Shown: one piece after another, positions 56,084-64,000 of the stretch
Layout: the number at the start of each line of letters is the position of its first letter
Position numbering within the stretch: the first letter of the stretch is position 1
From: Chrysomallon squamiferum
Lineage: Eukaryota; Animalia; Mollusca
Assembly: GCA_012295275.1 (NCBI GenBank)
Contig: CM022679.1
Coordinates: 2,852,001 to 2,916,000 of the forward strand
DNA: 64,000 nt
Reading direction: 5' to 3'
Made by a program: the position numbers and the translations under genes
Notes under the pieces: model-generated
Seen by the model: the letters and a program-made list of their open reading frames with translations, nothing else
The model's database searches: none
What the model was told of the DNA's origin: nothing

Positions 56084-56249
56084 TAGTGTATGAGTACGTG
56101 TGTGTTTGCCCTGATATTGGTTAATCTCTTGCAGTCAGGGTAATTTCACCATAATCTTTTTTTTATCTCAGTAAAATTAAAAACATGACTATGACATGTT
56201 TACTGGTTTTACTGAAGTTATGTAACAGTTGAGTTTTTCTTTTCTGCAG

Positions 56250-56350
56250 AGAAAAAACAGAAAAGTAAACTGCTTCCTCCAGAAGACAGGAAAAAACCTG
56301 TGGAAGCAACAGAAGAGAATCCTGCTTCTCAGGAACTAGTGATAAACTAG
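56250..56350 (+). CDS. Duplicate type-A terminal exon downstream of C8
   Basis: CTGCAG acceptor, EKKQKSKLLPPEDRKKPVEATEENPASQELVIN*. Confidence 0.55.
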
Positions 56351-57257
56351 AAGGGAGACAACCATTAAAAACAAAATAATTTTTGATAAACATGAAAAAG
56401 GATATTCTTCAAAAAAAGAACAAAATAATTTAGATCTGAACAAAGAAACAAAATTGGATCTAAAAGATAAGTACATAAAATAAAATAAAATAAATAAATA
56501 AATAAATAAATAAATAAATTAAGAATTAAAAATTCAAAAATGTAAAATAATGTGTATTTGAACAAAGCACAAACAAAATAACAACAGCTATAAGATAATT
56601 AAATACTTTGACTTCTGTTATCTGCTCTTAGTAACAAGCTGCATTTTCAGACTACAGATTTTTTTAATTTTATTTATCAAGTGATTATAGAATCCTTATT
56701 GTTACACTAATTTAAAATTGTATTTAACTTGTACTTAATGTTAAAGAATGTTAAGAATTACTAATTAACATTTAACTTGTACTTAAATGTTGAAGAATGT
56801 TAAGAATTACTATTTACATTTAATTTGTACTTAAATGTTAAAATATGTTAATTACTATTTACTTTTAATTTGTACTGAAAGTCTTAAACAATTTTAAAAT
56901 GTTACAGAATAAGAATAAGATCATATTATTGTTTAGTGAACTATTTACATTTGACTTGTATTTGAGTGTCAAAGTATTTTAAATTGTTATAGAACAGGAG
57001 GCATCTCCTTCCCTTGAAAAACTAGATAAACTGGTAACATGCTGAACATATAAGAGTTTTAGGTAGAGAGAACACTGGATTGATCATATGAACTGTTTTT
57101 ATTTTGTACCAAAACAAAAAACACAACCAATGATAACATTATATATATATATATATATATATTTACAGTTTTAATATTTATTTATTTATTTATTTATAAT
57201 TTTCATTTTGTTAATGTTTTACCATTTATTTGCACAGTAGCTATGTACAAGTGAAAC

Positions 57258-57712
57258 TTTACATGAAATACAACTGATTTACACCTACATTTACATCTAC
57301 ATGAAGATCATCAAACCCTTTATTTATTTGGATAAAACTTGTCTGCAGCTGACAACAGCTAAAAACCAAGGACTCCCTGGAGACAAACTAACTGCCCTCA
57401 TGAAATGTGTATGTGTATGTGGCTCACCAGTTCTAACCTGGCATACATGACTGACTGCTTATACCCCTCCTGCCCTTCAAATTAGAGTCTGTGGAAAAGC
57501 CAAGATGCCCCAAATTACCAACCACCACAGTACAATGCAGATGTCATCTTCAGCTCCTAACACTGAGTATATCCACATTACCTTAAGATGAAGTGGAACC
57601 TAACCCAAGACCTGAGGAACCTTAGTTCTCTCCAGGGTTCCTCCAGCCACAGTGAGTCTATATCCAGTCCATCCATCATGGAAACACTTCGCCTCCACCC
57701 AAAACAACAGTT
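57258..57712. mobile_element. ~450-bp GC-richer insertion, second copy at ~55435-55851
   Basis: It interrupts the AAACT|GCAGTT junction that is contiguous at 32970 and 40078. Class unknown. Confidence 0.5.
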
Positions 57713-59788
57713 CTGCAGTTGTTGTAATGGCACTTTATTGGAAAAAACTGATTTCTGATGCCTTATGGCACTTATATTATACTGGACCAGTCAACTACAG
57801 TTAATTCCCTTTGGCCGCTGCCCTTCATTCCCATCCTGTAAGCACACAACTAGCTGTATTTTCCTGGCATTGAATAGGAATATTAGGTATTACAAATAGT
57901 CTGTATATTTCTATCACATCATTATAAAACTGTTCATACACTTTGTTCTCTGAAGGCAGCAAACAAGTTGCTCAGTGTATCTTAATATAAGATATTAAAA
58001 ACAATAAAAAGTAAATTATATTTTTATATTGAAAGAAACACAATCATAGATATGCAAATAAAAATTAAACATAGAGACACAATTACTCATGAAACACATA
58101 CACACACTAAGATCCTTACATTTTTTTTTTTTTTTTTTTGAAGAGTATCAGCAATACAGTGAGGATTTTGAATCTCTGTAGGAAACATGTCCAATGACTG
58201 TTAGATATTGCTACCATGAGGACAGTATTTAAAGATACAGGGACTCATCTTCACTGTAAAACACATTAGTTCCAACTAGTAGAAATAATCATCAGGTGTT
58301 TAATAACTATTTCACTTGCTTCTTTATAACGTAAATGCATTTTGTGAATATCAGTGTTAATCTTTTATTTGTTACTTAACACACGTAAAAAAATATCTGA
58401 TCAGAATGACACATGTCACCTTTTGTGCTATTAGTTTTGTGAAAGACATTCTAAATCAGATGTGTCACAAGATGCATCACTGTAATTAACATATTTGCAT
58501 CTTAACACATTTATTTACAGTCTTATTCTTGAATGTAAACATATGGTTTTGAAGTTTATAAAGTAAATAAAAATGTTATACCTTTTATGTAGTTGTTTTC
58601 TTTGTTATTTTTTTTACATAATTAGTTGTATACTTGAATGAAATGAACAGCGAAAGATAAACTGTAAAATAATTGAAGTGTCATTGAATTATGATTTTAA
58701 TGTGTTTATTTCCTCTTATTACTTTTAATTTTATTTTATTTACTGACATTTATTATATTTATTTATTATTTATTGTTATTTATAAAACATGTTAAAATAT
58801 AAAACATGATCTCTTTCCACAGTATAGGTACCAAAAGTGGTATGTTTGAAATATTTACACTTTTACTTAGTCAGAAACTACCAAAAATAAATTTTTTAAA
58901 AATTGAAGTCTCACTGAATTATGGTGACTCAAAATGAAGTTGTTATTCCAATATGTGTGTATTTCCTCTTATTACTTTTAATTTTATTTTGTTTACTGAC
59001 TTATTTATTTTTTCTTATATTATTATTTATTTATTTATTTATTTATTTTGGCAATTTCACAAATTTTCAACACATACACGGAAAGTCCCCTACATGTTGC
59101 TTCATATGCATGCTGAAGGTTCTCTCTGTGATACTGTAATCTGACTTGTTTGTCTGGATTCTGTTAAAAATTTCAATACTTTCTGAAGTTTAACGATCAT
59201 CAATAATTGTCACCCGTTCTAAATATTAAAAGCAGGGAGTTCACTCAAAATTTCAGGCATACTGAATATCATCTACTATTAAAACAGAGACTATGAAAGT
59301 TAACTATGAACATTTTATTATCCAGTGTAATGACCTTGACCTTATTTGCATATACTACAGAAACGCACGCACTCGTCTCTCAACGTAGAAAATGAAAATA
59401 ACATTTGAAAATATATTTATATATATATAGCTGATCCCCACTTGATAAAGATAAATAATTATACAGCATTTGTGAAAGGGATGGCGGGAATCTGCGTAAC
59501 TGGTGCAAGTTAAACGAAGAGGGTACAAGTACTTTCAAAAAAATGTTCAGATTACTTGTTTGTCAAAAACACTTCTATAAATAATTGCATCAGATGCATT
59601 AACTATTAACAAATTTATTTTATTTGCAATAAATAAAGTCAAAGTGTCTGTTGCCAGCAAGTTTTGTCTGGTTGTTCTGTGATTTATATTTTTACATGAA
59701 TATATTTATGCAACATAATATACATACACACACACATATATATATATACTGTTTTGTAATCTTCTGTATATATTAATTATTATATATG

Positions 59789-59845
<57 letters not shown>

Positions 59846-61479
59846 TGTGAGATCGATTTCATTGCTCTGAAAGTAAAATATCGCCATGCAGTATGATGAA
59901 TATTTATGCGAATGTGCCCGTTAATAATTATTATTTTTATATTGTGCGGATCGAAGGACAACGACAATATTTTAAAAAGTTGTTTATATATCAAGGATAA
60001 CATAATTATTATACAGGTGCATGTTCAAACATTTGTAGCGATCTTTAGTTTAGCCTGCTCCGGTAGCTTTGACAACACAACCATCGTGAGTAGCAGCAAA
60101 CGTCATAGGAATCGGATTGCGTCCCTTTGTAAATATGACAGTCGTCCCTTCGGATTACATCTATTTTGTTCAGAGACAAGACACGTGAACTGCTGACCCC
60201 AAAAGTGCAAAACAATGGCATCACAGCCAATCTACATGAACGGGTGGCGGATATTGCTGCCGTTGATATAAGCCATAAGTGATGGCGGGCCCCAGCGAAT
60301 AAAAGGTGTTAGCTTTCAAGTTCTAACGACCCTATTAAATTTTGGCTTGTTTCTTGTCTTGGGTTTGCACCTTTGGTGGACCAGCTGAATGTGCAGTTAA
60401 GAAACTGCGACGATTGATTATAACAATTATATATATATTTGCACATACTACAGATATACACTATATATAATATCAAGTATCCAGTATGAACACCAAACCA
60501 AAATACAATATTTATATTACAAAGATAATTATTTATTTTATACATGTATTCTTATTATTTAGTGGTTGATGACGTGGGAGTTGGCGTTAAATGAAACACT
60601 GTAATTCTTAATTCTTTTAATTTTCCCTAACAGGTTATGTAAGAAATAAATATAGAACTCAAACTGTCTCTCCTACCCGTGTCTTCTCTTTGTTCTTTAT
60701 GGTCTCCGTCTCCCTGTAATATTTTGTCTTTTACCGTAAATATCCACGTCGCGGACTTCCCTGAAGTCAGCAGAGCGTAGCTGATAACAATTCCTTTTGT
60801 CTCTCGCTAATGATCTTTAATCGCTAGGTAATTTCAGTAATTGGATTACTGTTAACTAACGGTAGATATTTAATTAATACATATTGTTAGGAATGTTTGT
60901 AGAAATGAATGGTTAACATATTTACTTACTTTAAGGATATATATATATATAGGTTAATTACGAGATGTTAAACTAGATTAAAGTAAGCCATTTAGGAAAA
61001 TATTAAATATGTTACCGACATTTTCAAAAACTGTACCTTAAAAGTACAACAATATAAAATATTATAATAAGTAAAAAAAAAAAAAAAAACGGCTACCAAC
61101 GAATTCTACAAGTAGGTATAATCTAAAATACAATCCGTGGATTAGTAAATAAGTTAGGACTAATTTGCTATGTTAAAGGAACACAGAAAACAGTACATCT
61201 AAAAATCCCTGAGAAAACTTTCCACAGCTTCCTATTACAAGTATTAGGGTATGAAATGGAATGGAAAAAAATTAACGTGCTAATCAATGCAAGCTGTTGT
61301 GAAGCACGTCTTAGGGTATGGCTAAGGCCTGCGATTGTGATCACATGGGTAACAGAGTAATCAGCAGTGACCAATCAGAAGCTGTCACTGGCAGCGATCA
61401 TTGTATTCGAGTGTGGTAAGTACTGATGCTGTTTATAAGTATGGGGGGTGTTAGTGGAATAATATTTTCTGTTATTTTG

Positions 61480-62925
61480 TAAGCAAACAGTAAAGCTATG
61501 AATACGTATTCAATATTTTGACAAAATAATTCATCGGAAAAACTTTTCTATTGATAAACAGTAAACTTGCCACCAAAGCGAATTGTAAATACCGCGAAGA
61601 TGTAAATGCCGCGATATCGTGTGCAAGGAATATAGTTTTTTGGGGGGTTTTTTGTACTAGGAATATCATTTTCAATAAGTTTAACAAATGCGAATGGTAA
61701 GCTGACAGTCATGGTTCACTTTCTGAGCTGAACTATTTGTTTTCTAAAACAAAACAAAAAAGTGACCACGAGAATTTCCTTTCTAAAATTAGAACAAAGT
61801 TAAACACTTAGTATGTTACCGTAATCAATCGGACGACAGCTCACTTTTGTGTATAAAATGTTACTTATTCATTTCATGTGATAATTAATTAAATTAATAA
61901 AATATTAATGTTCTGTTATATATATGTTTATTTTGTTTATAGGAAACTCCATTGAGCATGTATCGGCAGTTGTTTCTAATTGTTCTTGCTGCGATTTTTT
62001 TGATTGTTTTTTTGTACTTGAAAAGAAGTCAAGAAAACCAAGGTGGGAAGTATTTTCCTTATTTATTTGAGTAGCATTATTTTTAATTTAGCAAATTTTT
62101 ATTACTGATATGTTATATTTATTTAATATGTTATTTCATTAAAATGATCATATAACTTTAAAAGCAAATTGTTATTTGAAAAAAATTATTTCGTTATTAT
62201 TATTAAGATAGTGAAATCATATACTCTGTTATTTTATAAGCAATCAGTAAAGCTATGAATATGTAATCTTAATTTTGACATATATTCAAAATCATCCGCA
62301 AAACATTTCTATAATGTGCCACCAAAGCGAACTGCGTGCTAAACCGCAAAACATGTAAATACCGCGATATCGTGAGCAAGGAATACACTAGGAATATCAT
62401 TTTCAGTAAGTTTAACAAATGCAAATGGTAACCTGACAATCATGGTTCACTTTCGGAGATGAACTATTTGTTTTCTAAATCTTTAAAAGTGACCACGAGA
62501 AAGCTCGTTACTAAAATGAGAGCACAGGAAATAACCAAGGCAGCAATGAAATAATATGATCCTGTAACCAATCAGACAAGAGCTTATTACTTGTGTACAA
62601 GATACGACTTTACTTCAGGAGATAATTAATTAAATGAATAAATATTAATGTTCTATTATATACATATCTATGTTTATTCTGTTTTTAAGAAACTCCATTG
62701 AGCGTGTATTGGCTATTATTTCTGGCTGTTCTTGCTGCGATCATCTTTATTCTGCAAGGTGTGAAGTATTTTCCTTATTTATTTGAGTAGCATTATTTTT
62801 AATTTAGCAAATTTTTTTTACTGATATGTTATATTTATTTAATATGTTATTTCATTAAAATGATCATATAACTTCAAAAGCAAATTGTTATTTGAAACAA
62901 ATTATTTCATTATTATTATTAAGAT
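61480..62925 (+). repeat. Diverged ~740-bp tandem duplication carrying type-B TM exons
   Basis: 61480-62205 is similar to 62230-62925; related to ~44960-45650. Confidence 0.75.
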
Positions 62926-63706
62926 GGCTATATTGTTGTTGTTTTTTGACAAGAAAACTGTTTTTATATAAAGATATACTTTAATTACTGATCATACATT
63001 ACATAAAGTTTTATTTTTTAAACAGATTAGATGATTTTACCATCCTATTCACTGGCTCATGAAAGTTTCAAAAAAATGTTCCTAAGAAAAAGTGCATCAG
63101 CCTTGTATGAGGAGATATTGTTTGAATTATTAAACGATTTTCACACCTTTTAAAATATCACACTGATTTCTGTCACCTTTTTAAGACTAGTTTGTGACCA
63201 GAAATGGATTTAGATTTCATAGATTCTTTACTGATGATACCTAATTCATGATTTCTCTCTAAATAAATCTATGTTTCATTTAAATTTGTTAAGCCTGTTT
63301 CTTTTCAGGATCTGTTAAATATGCCTTTTTTTAATGGTTTTGTGTGAAACTTTTCATAATGTTAATTAACTAATATTGCGTGTGTGTTTCTCTATGTGTG
63401 TGCATGAGCATGCATGTGTGTGTGTGTGTGTGTGTGTGTGTGCTTGCAATGAAATTGGTTTAACCTCATGCATTTGGGATAATTTCACCATAATCTTTTC
63501 TTCTTTTTTTTCAGGAACCCTCCATCTATTATTATTATTGTGTAAAATTTTAAAAATGACTATTAGGTGTATACTGGTTTTGCTGAAGTTATGTAACAGT
63601 TGAGTGTTTTTTTTTTGTTTTTTGTTTAGGTGCCAAGATAAGAAGACCAGTGCAGTGTTCAGAAGCAAATCCTACCTGTGATAAACTGGTAGTATCTGGT
63701 CACTAA
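61943..63706 (+). CDS. Type-B unit: TM exon(s) plus type-B tail; possible 53-aa ectodomain-less membrane peptide, or relic
   Basis: 61943-62042 ETPLSMYRQLFLIVLAAIFLIVFLYLKRSQENQG (ATG at 61958). Second copy 62689-62758 has an altered acceptor. Tail 63630-63706 AKIRRPVQCSEANPTCDKLVVSGH*. Confidence 0.45.
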
Positions 63707-64000
63707 TTTGTGGAAGATGCTTCTATTTTCATGTTATAGTAAACAACTTTTCAGTTAATTCTTGACATACATACACTACGGTTTACCTTCACTTTTCTGG
63801 ATGGCTGAAAAACAATCGTAAAAGAGAGACTGTTCACTGGAAGTGTTCCAAACTCAGTTGTCCATCTACTATTAACACCTCGAGAGATTTAATTACAAAA
63901 TCTTCACAACCACAAAGCTGGCCAAGTTGACAATGCCTCATCTGAACATTTACGGAGATGCCATTTCTCATCTAGTAGGACTTCGAACAGCAACTACAGT

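Overview
AT-rich, microsatellite-laden eukaryotic (invertebrate, probably molluscan; inference) genomic DNA with spliced genes and one 200-N gap (11212-11411). The left part holds a head-to-head pair: a cyclic-nucleotide-binding-domain gene (CNBD2-like, minus strand, traceable 11056-3060) and CCDC96/CFAP184 (plus strand, 11412-16395). From about 19 kb to the window end is a tandem cluster of small TNF-receptor-like genes. Their six-cysteine domain has BCMA/TACI-like spacing, followed by a transmembrane helix and a short tail with TRAF-type motifs and no death domain. The cluster has a four-domain gene and a one-domain gene on the minus strand, plus eight near-identical CRD first exons on the plus strand. 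These come with shared or orphan TM exons, two classes of terminal exon and copy-number-variable tandem NF-kB-type sites upstream. Two copies of a hairpin built from the family's own start-codon/signal-peptide sequence are nested inside a palindromic element downstream of two genes. All gene models were assembled by eye from splice signals and reading phase; no database search was run.
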